Positions 30,455 through 45,930 of a DNA stretch of 64,000 nucleotides are shown one piece after another (positions within the stretch are counted from its first letter, which is position 1; each line of letters begins with the position of its first letter). The notes below the pieces were generated by a model. That model had not been told where the DNA came from. It made no database searches and saw only the letters and a list, made by a program, of their open reading frames with translations. The DNA comes from the human T2T-CHM13v2.0 reference genome, Homo sapiens. The position numbers were made by a program, and so were the translations under genes. The DNA is taken from positions 27,168,001 through 27,232,000 of the forward strand of contig CP086569.2 in NCBI GenBank assembly GCA_009914755.4, read 5' to 3'.

Positions 30455-31215
30455 TATAACATCTTCATTGAGATGTAATCAACATACCATAAAATTCACC
30501 TTCTGAAAGTGTACAATTCAATGGTTTTTAATACATTCATAGAATTGTGCAATCATCATCCTATGCAATTTCAGGACATTTTCATCTCTCCAAAGAGAAA
30601 GACTGTTCCATTAGCAATCACTTTCCACTCACCCCTTCCCCCAAGCCCTTAGCAACCATTAATTTACTTTCTATTTCTGTGGATTTGTCTTTTCTAGACA
30701 GTTCATATAAGTGAAATCATATAATATGCAGCCTATTGTGTCTGACTTCTTTCACTTAGCACAATGTTTTCATGGTCTATCCCAGTTGTAGCATATATCA
30801 GTACTTCAATTCCTTTTTATGGCTGAATAATATTTCATTTTATAGCTATACCACATTTTGCATATTCGTTCATCAGTTGATGGACATTTGGGCTGTTTCC
30901 ACCTTTTGGTTATTGTGAATAGTGCTGCCATGAACAATGATGTACAAGTTCTTATGTGGGCATATGTTTTCAATTATTTTGGATATATACCTGGGAGCAG
31001 AACTGATGGGTCAAATGTTAATTCTTATGCTTAACATTTTGAAGAACTGCTAGACTGTGTACCAAAGCGGTTGTACCATTTTACAATTCCATCAGCAATG
31101 TATGAGGCTCCAATTTTTTCATGCCCTCACCAATATTTGTTATTGTCCATCTTTTTATTAAAGCCATCCTAGTGGGTGTGAAGTAATATCACTTTGTGGT
31201 TTGGATTTTTATTGC
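30455..31215 (-). mobile_element. L1M fragment (3'UTR plus ORF2 C-terminus, antisense) nested inside the sense L1
   Basis: GTAATCAACATACCATAAAATTCACCTTCTGAAAGTGTACAATTCAATGGTTTTTAATACATTCATAGAATTGTGCAATCATCATCC ... TTTATGGCTGAATAATATTTCATTTTATAGCTATACCACATTTTGCATATTCGTTCATCAGTTGATGGACATTTGGGCTGTTTCCA is the reverse-complement L1M 3' end. Confidence 0.8.
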
Positions 31216-31437
31216 AATATTATGTATTAAAAGCAAACAGAAGAAAAGCAAACAAGCAACAACATCCTAGAAACAACTTACATGTCCATCAATAAGAAAA
31301 GAAATAGATTTTGGTATAATCATACACTGGGCTACCACATGACAATGTAAAAAATAAATTATTGTTACATGTATCAATGTGAAGATAAATGAATAGGTGC
31401 TGTGTATTACAAAAGAGATACATCTTAACAAATATAA

Positions 31438-31750
<313 letters not shown>

Positions 31751-32306
31751 CATATGGGAAATTTTAAAAAGCACATAGCAAAAGGATACATAGAATATGA
31801 TGTCATTTATAGGCCATAAAAATGTAAGACAATATTACAAAAGATTTAGGGATACATTCCTATGAGGTAAAGAATATGAAGATATATTCAACAGTATTGC
31901 TAATGGTCTATTTCTTAAGCTGATTTTCATAAACCTTATATGAAGTTGGTCAGCTGGGCAGAGTTAAACAGTATCTCATAAGACTTCTTAGTTTAATAAG
32001 ATGGGATTGTAAAAAGCATTAGGGCTTCCTCATATGAAAACTCCAAACCCTAAGGCGGTCAGACTATGCAGTTCTTAAAACATGAACAATTGGAAACTTT
32101 TTTTAATCGACTTGAAATTTTTTAGTTACTTGTCCTGGATGAACAGAATATAATGACAATTTCTTTTTGTTCTATAACTATCTCTATATAATGAAACCAG
32201 TCTAAAACATTTGATGGATCAACAAGATTTAAACTTTATTGATATCACTATTAAATAATAATATTACAAAGTACTCTTGGATTTTGGATACACATCTCAC
32301 AGTCAA

Positions 32307-32601
32307 CCTTTTTTTTTCTTTGAGACAGAATCTTACTCTGTCCCCAAGGCTGGAGGGCAGTGCCACAATCTCGGCTCACTGTAACCTCTGGCTCCAGGGT
32401 TCAAGATATTCTCCTGCCTCAGCCTCCCGAGCAGCTAGGATTACAGGTGCACACCACCAGCCCGGCTAATTTTTTTATTTTTAGTAGAGACAGGGTTTTG
32501 CCATGTTGCCCAGTCTGGTCTTCAACCCTTGGCTTCAAATGATCCACCCCCCTCAGCCTCCCAAAGTGCTGGGATTACAAGCGTGAGCCACCATGCCCAG
32601 C
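32307..32601 (-). mobile_element. Alu SINE, antisense; target-site duplication (G)CAGTCAA
   Basis: Poly(T) then GAGACAGAATCTTACTCTGTCCCCAAGGCTGGAGGGCAGTGCCACAATCTCGGCTCACTGTAACC ... GGCTGGGCATGGTGGCTCACGC. The flanks read ACAGTCAACC and GCAGTCAATT. Confidence 0.9.
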
Positions 32602-32767
32602 CGCAGTCAATTTTTTTAAAGCTCTCAAAGAAATTCATTTCCTCCAACATAACATGCTTTGTTTTCCAAACTTTCCAAGTTGGAGATTTGTTTCTTTTTT
32701 TTTTTTTTTTTTGCTTTTTTATTTTTATTTTTTAAATAAAGTGTTTTTTTTTCTTTTATATATATAT

Positions 32768-33300
32768 TTTATTATACTTTAAGTTCTAGGGTACATGTGC
32801 ACAATGTGCAGGTTTGTTACATATGTATACATGTGACATGTTGGTGTACTGCACCCATTAACTTGTCATTTCCATTAGGTGTATCTCCTAATGCTATCCC
32901 TCCCCTCTCCCCCCACCCCACAACAGGCCCCAGTGTGTGATGTCCCTCTTCCAGTTTCCAAGTGTTCTCATTGTTCAATTCCCACCTATGAGTGAGAACA
33001 TGTGATGTTTGGTTTTTTGTCCTTGTGATAGTTTGCTCAGAATGATGGTTTCCAGCTTCACCCATGTCCCTACAAAGGACATGAACTCATCATTTTTTAT
33101 GGCTGCATAGTATTCCATGGTGTATATGTGCCACGTTTTCTTAATCAAGTCTATCATTGTTGGACATTTGGGTTGGTTCCAAGTCTTTGCTATTGTGAAT
33201 ACTGATGCAATAAACATATGTGTGCATGTGTCTTTATAACAGCATGATTTATAATCCTTTGGGTATATACCCAGTAATGGGATGGCTGGGTCAATTGTTC
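32768..33300 (-). mobile_element. Young L1PA-type 3' end (ORF2 C-terminus plus 3'UTR), antisense
   Basis: The minus-strand ORF 32975-33217 encodes MFIASVFTIAKTWNQPKCPTMIDLIKKTWHIYTMEYYAAIKNDEFMSFVGTWVKLETIILSKLSQGQKTKHHMFSLIGGN, about 95% identical to L1PA ORF2p C-terminus. 32775-32960 is reverse-complement L1PA 3'UTR (TTTAAGTTCTAGGGTACATGTGCACAATGTGCAGGTTTGTTACATATG...). Confidence 0.9.
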
Positions 33301-33753
33301 TACAATTGTTGCTTTACAGATCCTTCCAGCCCTTTGTTTCTCTTACTAACTTACTGTGGCCCTAATAATTCTGGACTTTATGCTACTCACTAGTCCATGA
33401 GAAGGTTAGGAGATAGGACAAAGGTAAAATTATAATGTTAACAAGCTACATATTAACAGATATCATAAAGGAAGGATTTGGAATTATTCGTAGATATCCT
33501 TTCCTTAGGCCATTCCCAGAAGCCATGGAAAATGCAATACTGACTTTCCTTCTTGGACAGAGTCTTCAAGCTGGTCTAAAAGCTCTTAGAGTTGAATACG
33601 CCAGTACCTAGATGTGGCTCCCTATTAGCTTAGGAAAAACACTGATGGAAATTTTCCTATGTCAAAATTGAAAGCCAGGATGAGCAGCTACCTGTCTAGA
33701 AAGGACTGCTCCATAAGTAGTCTTGGCCTAGGCTGCAGGAGGCAGTTGAGGGA

Positions 33754-33812
33754 TGATACATACACACACACACACACACACACACAGACACACACACATA
33801 CACACACACACA
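33754..33812. repeat. (CA)n microsatellite, imperfect
   Basis: ACACACACACACACACACACACAGACACACACACATACACACACACACACC. Confidence 0.95.
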
Positions 33813-35209
33813 CCCCAAAGCTCATCAAAACCACTCCCATGCTCATTAATACAAAAGAACAATACTCAGATATCTATATCAGGTCAAACCATAAGGTTCT
33901 TTTTTTTCTTTTCCTTTTCTTCCTTTTTCTCTAAGGGTAAGATAGATGATCATTAGGGACTCTTGCCCCCACTGAAATTCAGAGAAGAAATACAGTTGTT
34001 GTTCTTACACTGAATAATTCCAAAAAACCTTGAGGTCCTTTGGGGATTTTAATAATCTGAAAAGTACGTATGTATGTACACATATGTATGTATGGAATGT
34101 GTGTGTGCAAGGGAATACAGATACATTTATATGAGAAATGTATATGTATAAAAATCCTGGAATGCTATTTAGATACAATTTATGTACACGTCAATAAGAG
34201 AGAGCATCTATGAAAAAGAAAGAGAAAATGGGTAGTCATTAGTAAAGGAAGTAATTGCTTTATAAATTCTAGCACTATCAGTGCAGTCTAACAACCGCAT
34301 GAACACTTGACCAAAAGACAGTGACTTTCAAAGACTATACCATAGATACTTGAGATTTTAATACTTTAAGTGTTAGAACAGAGCATGACTCAAATATGAA
34401 GAATTCAAAAGGCATATACACAATCATTTGTTTGGTACAAGTACAGGAGATCTTCAAAGGGATACACTCAAGTTCAGAGTAATAATTTACCAGAAAAGTC
34501 AGGAAAAGCTCTGGAATCAGTAACCAAAGCAGGCAACAGCGAAGAAGAGAGAAGGTATCTACTGACATTGAGAAGACAGAGCCAAGGAATGGGGTGGGGT
34601 GTTGAGAATATAAAGCTTCAGGGCTCTACTCTCAGGGGAAGGGGTGGGTATACAGCTTGAACATTCACTCTAAAATGGATAAGAAACAAATATAATAACC
34701 CAAAGTTCAAATCGTGTTCACAGAAATTGTTTCAAACACATTTTCTTCTTTACTCACAGGTCATATCAAAACCATTCTATAAATCTCTCCACTAGGGTAA
34801 CAGCAGCCCTGGGCTGGAAACTCCAGGTAAATAATGAAACTCCTTCACCTCCTGAGTCTTCTGCCTGCCACAGAACAACTTGTTTGTGTAAGATAATATC
34901 ACCTGTGGTTTGCTAAACCAGCAACAACGTATCATGAGAACAAGAAGGATGAATAAATTCTGACAGGGTAGAACTTCACAGAGGAGGTGACACCTGAGCC
35001 CAGCCTTGAAGTGATTAGGAGGGTTTTACCAGGCATAGAAGGGGAGCAGGAGCAGTTAAGCAAAGAGAACGGTATGAACAAAAAGTTCACGGAGTGCTCA
35101 GGAGATGGCAAATAATAAATGAGAAGGTATGTGAATGAGGTTGAGGAGTGGTAGGGAAAAAAACTGTTAAGACAGGTTGAAAGCATTTTAGATGCTTTTT
35201 TACTCTGCA

Positions 35210-35330
35210 TGTGAATGGCTTCAAAATGCAAAATTGCATCAGAATCTCTGGGATACCTGGTAAAAATACAGATTCCTGTGCTGTACTCCAGATCTACTAA
35301 ATTGAAATTTCCAGAGTTGAGGCTCAGGCA
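35210..35330 (+). mobile_element. Ancient LINE/L2-like relic (tentative)
   Basis: CAGAATCTCTGGGATACCTGGTAAAAATACAGATTCCTGTGCTGTACTCCAGATCTACTAAATTGAAATTTCCAGAGTTGAGGCTCAGGCATCTGTATTTTT resembles the widespread mammalian consensus (GTTAAAAATGCAGATTCCTGGGCCCCACCCC...AATCTGCATTTT). The family name is from memory and unverified. Confidence 0.4.
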
Positions 35331-36418
35331 TCTGTATTTTTCTTTAATTGTCCTCATTCTTAAACAGACAGAATCTGTATTTAATGAGTATTCTGATGTA
35401 TAACCAACCTTGAAAGCCAATGATGGATTGTTTTTTAAAGAAAAGTTATATCATTAGATTGGTATTTTAAAAATAACAAGGTACTATTAGAAATAGACTG
35501 TAAAGATGTGAAATTAGGGGAAAAAATAGACCTATGGCAGAGTATGGCAATGAGGCATTCATTTATTCAACAAGAATTTTAAAAATACCTACTATGTACC
35601 TACAAGTTCCCATAAAGATGACAGTCTCAATTAGAATACTAGCAGTGTAAATGGAGACAAGAAGACAGAGTTATGAGACATCACACAGATAGAACTGACA
35701 AGTCCTGGTAACTCAGTAGATGGTGGAGATGGGGACAGAGGGAGCAAATCAGTTTTCATCAGTGATTTCCAAACTTGGATGAGCATCAGAATAAAAGATT
35801 CCTGGGTCTTACCATAGACCTAATGAATCAAGCTCTTTGGAGGATACAATTCAGCAGCCTCTATTTTTAACATATGCCCCCAGGTGATTTTCATGCAGTC
35901 AATTGGGAATCAATGACTTAAATGACTGAGTGGCTGATGATATTTCTCTTCAAGAAGAGAAAACAGGAGGAGGAGCGACAAATTTTGTGATAGGATGAGA
36001 ACAATTTTGCTCTGGAAATACTGAGACCGAGAGAAACCTGTAAGACATCTACATCAAGATGTCTAATGGGCAGCTGGAAATGCAAATCTGGAGTCCAGGA
36101 AAAAAGTCAAGTCTAAACAGGTCAGGGTCAGACAGATCTCGACATCATTAGTACATAATGAGGGATGAGGCCATGGGAGTGGGTAAGGTTACAAAGAAAG
36201 AAAGAATATAGAGAAAGTGGGTTGGGGTAGAAATCTGGGCAAAGAGTGGGCAATGGAAGAGGAATTGTGAGCAGAAGAGTGATTCAGGAGGTAAGAAGAG
36301 GATCTGAGGGGAAAAAAAGCATTGTTTTGGAAGCCAAAGAATGAGAGTTTTAATTCATATGGAGATCAAGTAGACAAAATGTTATAAAATGCTCCAAAAG
36401 GATAAGAATTAGAAAAAT

Positions 36419-36700
36419 GGCCGGGCGCGATGGCTCATGCCTATAATCCCAGCACTTTGGGAAACCAAGGTGGGCGGATCAGGAGGTCAGGAGTTGGAGA
36501 CCAGCCTGGCCAACATGGTGAAACCCCATCTCTACCAAAAATACAAAAATTAGCCGGGTGTGGTGGCACATGCCTGTAATCCCAGCTACTCAGGAGGCTG
36601 AGGCAGGAGAATCGCTTGAGAGGCAGAGGTTGTAGTAAGCTGAGAACGGACCATTGCACTCCAACCTAGGTGACAGAGCAAGACTCTATCCCAAAACAAC
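36419..36700 (+). mobile_element. Alu SINE; target-site duplication GAATTAGAA
   Basis: GGCCGGGCGCGATGGCTCATGCCTATAATCCCAGCACTTTGGGAAACCAAGGTGGGCGGATCAGGAGGTCAGGAGTTGGAGACC ... (CAA)n tail. The flanks repeat GAATTAGAA. Confidence 0.9.
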
Positions 36701-37058
36701 AACAACAAACAGAATTAGAAGGATGATAAGGCGTGGCATTTAGGAAGTCTGTGATGACCTTTGAGAAAGCAGTTTCAGTATAATGGAGCAAAGAAGCAGA
36801 GTGGATTTACACTACCCCTTGAGGAGAATTTGAAGAGAAAGGGAAGAGATGGGTCAGTGGTTTGCAAGAAAGGTAAGACTGAAAGTAAGTTCTTTTGGTG
36901 GCCATTTTTATTTTTAAGAATAAAGACCAAAAAAAAAAAAAAAAAAAAGAATGAAGACAACTTGAGGCATCTTAAGGAAAAGAAGAAGAGAGCACAGAAC
37001 GGATGCTTAATAAATATTTGTGAAATATCAGTATTCGCAAAATCTTAAAACTGTCCTT

Positions 37059-37359
37059 GGCTGGGCGTGGTGGCTCACACCTGTAATCCCAGCACTTTGG
37101 GAGGCCGAGGCGGGCGGATCAAGATGTCGGGAGATCGAGACCATCCTGGCGAACACAGCGAAACCCCGTCTCTACTAAAAAAATACAAAAAATTAGCTGG
37201 GCGTGGTGGTGGGCGCTTGTAGTCCCAGCTGCTAGGGAGGCTGAGGCAGGAGAATGGCCTGAACCCAGGAGGCGGAGCTTGCAGTGAGCCCAGATCACAC
37301 CACTGAACTCCATGCTGGGCGACAGTTCGAGACTCCGTCTAAAAAAAAAAAAAAAAAAA
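37059..37359 (+). mobile_element. Alu SINE (AluY-like)
   Basis: GGCTGGGCGTGGTGGCTCACACCTGTAATCCCAGCACTTTGGGAGGCCGAGGCGGGCGGATCAAGATGTCGGGAGATCGAGACCATCCTGGCGAACACAGCGAAACCCCGTCTC ...; poly(A) at 37339-37359. Confidence 0.9.
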
Positions 37360-37599
37360 GATACTACCCTACTCACATTACTACTCCAAAATATTCAACC
37401 TGTTTATTTAATAAGCAGTTACGAGATACCCAACCTGCCAGGAACCATTCCTTTCCCAATTGAAAGTACCCTCTATCTTCTCAGAACATCTACACTAATT
37501 AGCCAGTCTATTCATTCCATAATTATCCCGCCTTAAACAGCTAGTTGTTACTGTTTTCATGTAACCATGTCTTAGCTCACCAAATGGTGTAACAGGGGT

Positions 37600-37850
37600 A
37601 TCCAATCTTTTGGCTTCCCTGGGCCACATTGGAAGAATTGTCCTGGGCTACACATAAAACACACTAATACTAATGATAGCTGATGAGCATGAACAAAACA
37701 AAAAAGCCAAAAAAATCTCTTTATGTTTTAAGAAAGTTTATGAATTTGTGTTGGGTCACATTCAAAGCTGTCCTGGGCCTCATGTGGCCTCAGGGGCCAT
37801 GGGTTGGACAAGCTTGGTGTAAAAGCTTCACCTCCCAACATTCAAAAAGA
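37600..37850 (+). mobile_element. Ancient interspersed repeat (MER-class; exact family not recalled)
   Basis: GGCTTCCCTGGGCCACATTGGAAGAATTGTCCTGGGCTACACATAAAACACACTAATACTAATGATAGCTGATGAGC...TTTAAGAAAGTTTATGAATTTGTGTTGGGTCACATTCAAAGCTGTCCTGGGCC...GGGTTGGACAAGCTTG matches a frequently seen human repeat consensus from memory. Confidence 0.4.
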
Positions 37851-38837
37851 ATAAAAAGGTATAAAGTTGAAAAAAAATTGTCTCTGATGAACTCTGGTTG
37901 GTCCACTATCCTATTATTTAATATTTATATTATATTGAAAAAAACTTTAATGATCCTTCCCATATTCCTTTACCATAAATAACAACTTCTAGGGTAATTT
38001 TTACATCAAATAAATGATTAAGACTAATTTTATTTAATCCACATACAACTTATCAAAGGATGCAATCTTTATATATAAGATTGTATTTACATACCAATCG
38101 CTAAACTGTTTTTAAAATTTAGTTTGTTTTATTCTTTCTACCACTAACATTTCTATCCATCCATTCAATTTATACTTTCAGTTTGCTTCCAGCTGATTCA
38201 ATACCTATGACACAGTAAATTGTCTAAATTTTGCATGAACTTTCAACATCCGAGGCACTTATTCCTAACAGTTGCACTGCTCACATTGACATACTCCCTG
38301 AAGGTCAATGATCTAAATTCTGTAATATTTTTAGCATCTAAAATCCTGGTTTATGCTCTCCTTCTAGTTCTCTTGGTCTTTAAAAGACATAAGAACATGC
38401 TATCAAATTCCTAATTCCCTGTTAAGCCCTAACCAACCAAAGTTTAACTAAAAAAAAAAACCTAAACCAAGAATCAATTGTTAAGAAAGAAAATCAAATA
38501 TTTTTAAGCAAAGGAAGTTATAAGGTTTGAAATACAAATTCTGATTATTCCAACTCTGATTATTCTTATTAAATTATCAACTGGAACACCTCACTGCTCT
38601 TTTCTTGCCACCACCCCCTTCCTCTGCTCAGTTCATTCACTGAACAAATCTTTATTCCCAATGCCTAAGACTTAACAGATACTGCGGTAGATGCAATTAA
38701 CATAATAGTGAATAAGTTAGGCACAGTCCCTCCCTTCCCAGAGCCTAAAGTGTATTGACCCTAAGAATATATGTCAAATTAAACTATAAGACTATATGAC
38801 AAGTGTTATGACAGGTAAGCTATAAGAAACAAAGTGG

Positions 38838-39110
38838 GGGCTGGATGCCATGGCTCACGCCAGCATTTTGGGAGTCTGAGGTAGGAAGGTTGCTTGAGGC
38901 CAGGCATTTGAGACCAGCCTGGGTGATACTGTGAGACCTTGTCTCTACAAAATAAAGATTAAAAAATTACTCGAGCATGGTGGTACACACCTGTAGTCCT
39001 ATCTACTTGGGAGGATCCCTTGAGCCCAGGAGTTTGAAGTTACAGTGAGCTATGATTACACCACTGCACAACATAGTGAGAACCCTATCTCTTAAAAAAA
39101 CAACAAAAAT
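38838..39110 (+). mobile_element. Alu SINE (old, with internal deletions)
   Basis: GGCTGGATGCCATGGCTCACGCCAGCATTTTGGGAGTCTGAGGTAGGAAGGTTGCTTGAGGCCAGGCATTTGAGACCAGCCTGGGTGATACTGTGAGACC... Confidence 0.8.
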
Positions 39111-39440
39111 ATATAAAGGGAAAACACAGTATGGGTTATGCCATGGGAGGCTCCTTAGATGCACTGATGTTGAACCTGAGACCTGTAAAATTGGTAGTCA
39201 AAGAAGAGAGACAATAAGGATTATGGAAGTAGGAGAAGGAAATATATTAAGACTAGGAGATGAGAAAATGACATAATTGAGAAAGTGAAAAATGATCAGT
39301 GTGGTTGAAGTACAGAATTCAAAAATGGGAACAACAAGAAGTGAGACTAGAGAATAGGGCAATGACAACCACTGAAAGATTTTAAGAAAGGTGTGACATA
39401 TTCAGGTTTTCCTGGCTGAAGCATAGAAAATAGTTTGAGA

Positions 39441-40187
<747 letters not shown>

Positions 40188-41379
40188 GAGAGAGAGAGAC
40201 AAATGAAAGCAGATGGATTTGACAGACATGCAGGAGGTATGATCCACAGGATTTGGTGACTACAACCTCATGAGAGGACCAGCACGAGAGGTCCATGTCT
40301 CTTTTATTCCTTACTATATTCACAGTGCTAGGTATCTAGCACATAGTTAACTGCTGTGTAAACATTCTTGAACAAATAAGAAAAACAAGGAATCACAGAT
40401 GTTACCTAGGTTTCTAGCATAATGACTGCATAAAAGGAGGTGCCCTTTACTGAGATAGGAAACAGAGGAGAAGCAGTTCATATAAAATATGGTGAGTCTG
40501 AGGTACCTGCAAGCCTTCAAGGAAAGATAATCAGAATCCAGTTGGATATATAGTTATAAAGCTCAGGAGAAAATGTAAAATAATGGCAGCTTCAGTTAAA
40601 GCTACAGCTGATAACTGTCACTTTTAAAGCATACTATGTGAGACATCATCCCAATAATCTTTTTAAATTTCCCAGGTTTCTTAACAGTTTTATAATCAAG
40701 GGTATCAAAAAATTAATATACCTTCTTGACCATTAGAAATAATATTTTATTTCTTGACCAAGGTGGTGGTAACTCAAACCTCTGCTTTATAAAAATCCAT
40801 TAAGTTATACATTTGTGTTTTATGTACACTTTTCTGTGTGTTAAATTTTGCAATAAAAAGGGGATTTTTTTAAACCTTCATAAACTAGAAATAAGAAAAT
40901 TCCTTAATCAAAGAAGCTACTGGAAACTAAACACCATATTTCTAGTAGAAACAATAGAGACATTCTCGTTAAAGGAAAAAACAAACAAACAAAGATATCT
41001 TCTGTCACAATTATTAATAGTGTTCTAAATGTTCTGGTTAAAAATGAAGACCTGAAAATAAAAAAAGGAAGGCATAAACATTGGGGTCTTTTCAATAATG
41101 GTGCTGGGACAACTGGATATCCACATGCAAAAGAATAAAGATGGACCCCCTAGCTCACACCATATATTAAAATTAACTCAAAATGTATCAAACACCCAAG
41201 TGTAAGAGCTAAAACTACACAACTCTAAGAGAAAACATAGGTGTAAATCTTTGTGACTTGGGAAGAGGCAATAGTTTCTTAGATATGACACTAAAAGTGT
41301 AAGCAACAAAATTCTCAAATTTTTCTCTGAAAAATTAGAGAAATTAGACATCATCGAAATTAAAAACGTTATAGTGTCA

Positions 41380-41726
<347 letters not shown>

Positions 41727-41867
41727 AGAAATTATCATCATGAGTAATAGATGCTAACATATAACTGAAAAATCCAGAATTTGAGAAAACTAATAACATA
41801 GTTCAGTAAGAAAATCAAATAAATACTACTACTTTTTAAAAACTGCTTTTCTTTTTTCTTTTATTTT

Positions 41868-42127
41868 TTATTTTTTTTTATTTTGAGACAGAGTCTCACT
41901 CTGTTGCCCAGGCTGAAGTGCAGCAGCACAATCACAGTTCACTGTAGACCTGAATTCCCAGGTCCAAGTGGCCCCCCTACCTCAGCCTCCCAAGTAGCTG
42001 GGACCACAGGCATCTGCCACCATGCCCAGCTACTCTTTTGTTTGTTTTTTTGTAGAGACGGGGTTTCTGTATGTTGCTCAGCCTCCCAAAGTGCTGAGAT
42101 TACAGGTGTGAGCCACCTTGTCCAGGC
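41868..42127 (-). mobile_element. Alu SINE, antisense, with an internal deletion
   Basis: GAGACAGAGTCTCACTCTGTTGCCCAGGCTGAAGTGCAGCAGCACAATCACAGTTCACTGTAGACC ... CTCAGCCTCCCAAAGTGCTGAGATTACAGGTGTGAGCCACCTTGTCCAGGC. Confidence 0.8.
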
Positions 42128-42138
42128 AAAATTGCTGT

Positions 42139-42427
42139 TTTTTTTTTTGAGACAGGGTCTCACTCTGTCGCCCAGGCTGAAGTTCAGTGTTGATCTCAGC
42201 TCACTACAGCCTCTGCCTCACAGGCTCAAGCCATCTTCCCTCCTCAGACTCCTGAGTAGCTGGAACTATCCGCACGCACCACCACACCTAGCTAATTTTT
42301 GTATTTTTTCTAGAGATGGAGTCTTGCTTTGTTGCCCAGGCTGGTCTTGAACTCCTGGATTCAAGCAATCCACCCACTTCAGCCTCCCAAAGTGCTAAGA
42401 TTACAGGTAAGAGCCACTGGACCCAGC
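42139..42427 (-). mobile_element. Alu SINE, antisense
   Basis: Poly(T) then GAGACAGGGTCTCACTCTGTCGCCCAGGCTGAAGTTCAGTGTTGATCTCAGCTCACTACAGCC ... GGCTGGGTCCAGTGGCTC. Confidence 0.85.
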
Positions 42428-42463
42428 CAAAAATTACTTTTCTAATATAAGAAAAACTGATTA

Positions 42464-42868
<405 letters not shown>

Positions 42869-43278
42869 TTATGTAAAATGTTAACATTCGGGAAAGCTGG
42901 GTGAAGGGTATACAAATACTCTCTCTCTAAACTATCTTGCAACTTTTTTGTAAATCTTAAATCACTTCAAAATAACAAGTTTATTCAAAACAAAACAAGA
43001 ATGTAAAGAAACAAGGCATAGACCGGGGTAAAATATCTATAATATATTTATCTGACCAAGGACTTATACCCAGAAAACATCAAGAATGCCTACAAATCAA
43101 TAATAAAAAACAAAAAGCAAATTTAATGTACAAAAGACTTAAATCAGACACACACATACATACACACACTCCAAATAATGAATAAATATGCGAAAAGGTG
43201 CTGAACATCACTGGTCATTGAGGAAGTGTAAATTAAAACCAAAATGAAATAACACTATACAAACAATGGCTAATATTA

Positions 43279-43655
<377 letters not shown>

Positions 43656-43814
43656 ATGTGGAGCAAATGGAACTCGTGTTCAAAAAAAATGACAATATCA
43701 AATATCAACAAAGATGTGGAGCAAACAGAATTCTAATTCATTTCTGGGGTAGTATAAAATGGTACAACCACATCAGAAAACAGCAAGTTGCTTAATAAAG
43801 CTAAAATTTTATAT

Positions 43815-44175
<361 letters not shown>

Positions 44176-44564
44176 TTATGTCTACAAAAAGATGTGTAGA
44201 CTACTCATAGCATCTTTATCATCTTTATTCATAATAGCAAAAAAAGGAAATAACTCAAATGTCAATAATCAGAAGAATAAACTAATTTTGGAATACTCAC
44301 ACAATGGAATACTACTCAGCCACAAAAAACAATAAACTATGGATACGTGAAAAATGAGTGAATTTCAAAAACGTTATGTTCAGTTGAAGAAACCAAACTT
44401 TAAAAGGTACATATTCTATATTCCTTTTAAAACAGCTAAAACTGGAAGAGTGGGATATCTGCCTTCTGAACAGGAAGTTCGTAGTACCAGTGATGAGAGA
44501 CAGAATTAAATATGGGTGATGTAGAGAAAGGCAAGAAGAGTTTTGTTCAGAAGTGTGTCCAAGG

Positions 44565-44862
44565 CCGGGCATGGTAGTTTACGCCTGTAGTCCCAGCACT
44601 TTGGGAGGCGAGGTGGGCAGATTAATTGGGTGCAGGAGTTCATGACCAGCCTGGGCAACATGGTGAAACCTTGTCTCGATAAAAATACAAAAATTAGCTG
44701 GGCATGGTGGTGCATGCCTGTAGTCCCAGCTACTCGGCTGGCTGAGGTGGGAGGATGGCTTGAGCCCAGGAGGCAGAGGTTGCAGTGAGCCAAGATTGTG
44801 CCACTGCACTCCAGCATGGATGATGGAGACAGAACTTGTCTTAAAAAAAAAAAAAAGTGTGC
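44565..44862 (+). mobile_element. Alu SINE inserted inside the CYCS pseudogene coding region; target-site duplication AAGTGTG(T/C)CCAA
   Basis: GGCCGGGCATGGTAGTTTACGCCTGTAGTCCCAGCACTTTGGGAGGCGAGGTGGGCAGATTAATTGGGTGCAGGAGTTCATGACC ...; poly(A) to 44860. Confidence 0.9.
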
Positions 44863-45639
44863 CCAATGCCACACCAAGGTAAAATGAGGCAAGCACAAGA
44901 GTGAGCCAAATCTCCATGCTCTATTTATGCAGAAGACAGGTCAGGCCACTGAATTCTCTCACAGACACCAATGAGAACAGAGGCATCACCTGAGGAGAGG
45001 AGACACTGATGGAGTATTTGCAGAATCCCAAAAAGTACATCCCTGGAACAAAAATGACCATTGCCAGCACTAAGAAGAAGGCAGAAAGGGCAGACTTGAT
45101 AGCTTATCTCAGAAAAGCTAATAATGAGTAATAATTGACCACATGACTTTTTTATGTGTACATAATTTAATAGCTCTCTAATATACATCAGAATTCAAAT
45201 CATGAATAACTCACAGAATATTTTTGTTGAGCAGTCCTGATTTAATTAAGACTCGCTTGTGGTTAAATGAATACATCCGGGTTTTTTAAAATTTTAATAG
45301 TAATTCTGATTCAGTAAATGATATCACTGTTTCCCCCTTCTAAAACTATGATTGGGCTTAACTCGTAGTGTTCAACTTTTCACAAAGATGGTGAATGCCA
45401 TCTTAAAACCTATTAGAGATTGGCTTTATATTTAGATTTATATAACTAGCTATATGAATATATTTAAATACTGGGGAAATGTCTTCACTGTCTCAGAACC
45501 AAGCAAGACACATCTGTGTTCTGTGTTCATGTGCCTCTTAAAGGCAAAGACTTAACATAAGGTAACAATGTCTACTTTATATTTCTGGTCTGAACTATGT
45601 CAATTTAATTAGAATTCTCTGTATGTAAAATGGTTCCTT

Positions 45640-45930
45640 GGCTGGGCATAGTGGCTCATGCCTGTAATCGCAGTACTTTTTTGGGGCTGAAGTGGGAGGA
45701 TTGCTTGAGGCCACAAGTTGGACCACATAGAGAGACCTCATCTGTACAAAAATTAAAAATAGCCAGGCATGGTGGTGCATTCCTGTAGTCGTAGCTACTC
45801 AGGAGGCTGAGGTGGAAGGACGGCTTGAGCCCAGGAGTCAAGGTTGCAGTGAGCCATGATCCTGCCATTGCACCCCAGCCTGTGTGACAGAGTAAGACCC
45901 CATCTCAAAATATAATGGTTCTTTTAACTT
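45640..45930 (+). mobile_element. Alu SINE (old, diverged)
   Basis: GGCTGGGCATAGTGGCTCATGCCTGTAATCGCAGTACTTTTTTGGGGCTGAAGTGGGAGGATTGCTTGAGGCCACAAGTTGGACC... Confidence 0.85.

Noticed and set aside
34932-35420. 162-aa minus-strand ORF in unique-looking DNA.
   Set aside because: No recognisable protein motif. It overlaps an L2-like relic, is AT-rich with a weak start context, and has no splice-site-bounded structure. It is most likely a chance ORF.
36900-36950. AATAAAGACC followed by A22: possible retrocopy 3' end.
   Set aside because: The upstream sequence looks like an ancient interspersed repeat or MIR tail rather than an mRNA-derived sequence. No target-site duplication was identified. 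Insufficient evidence.
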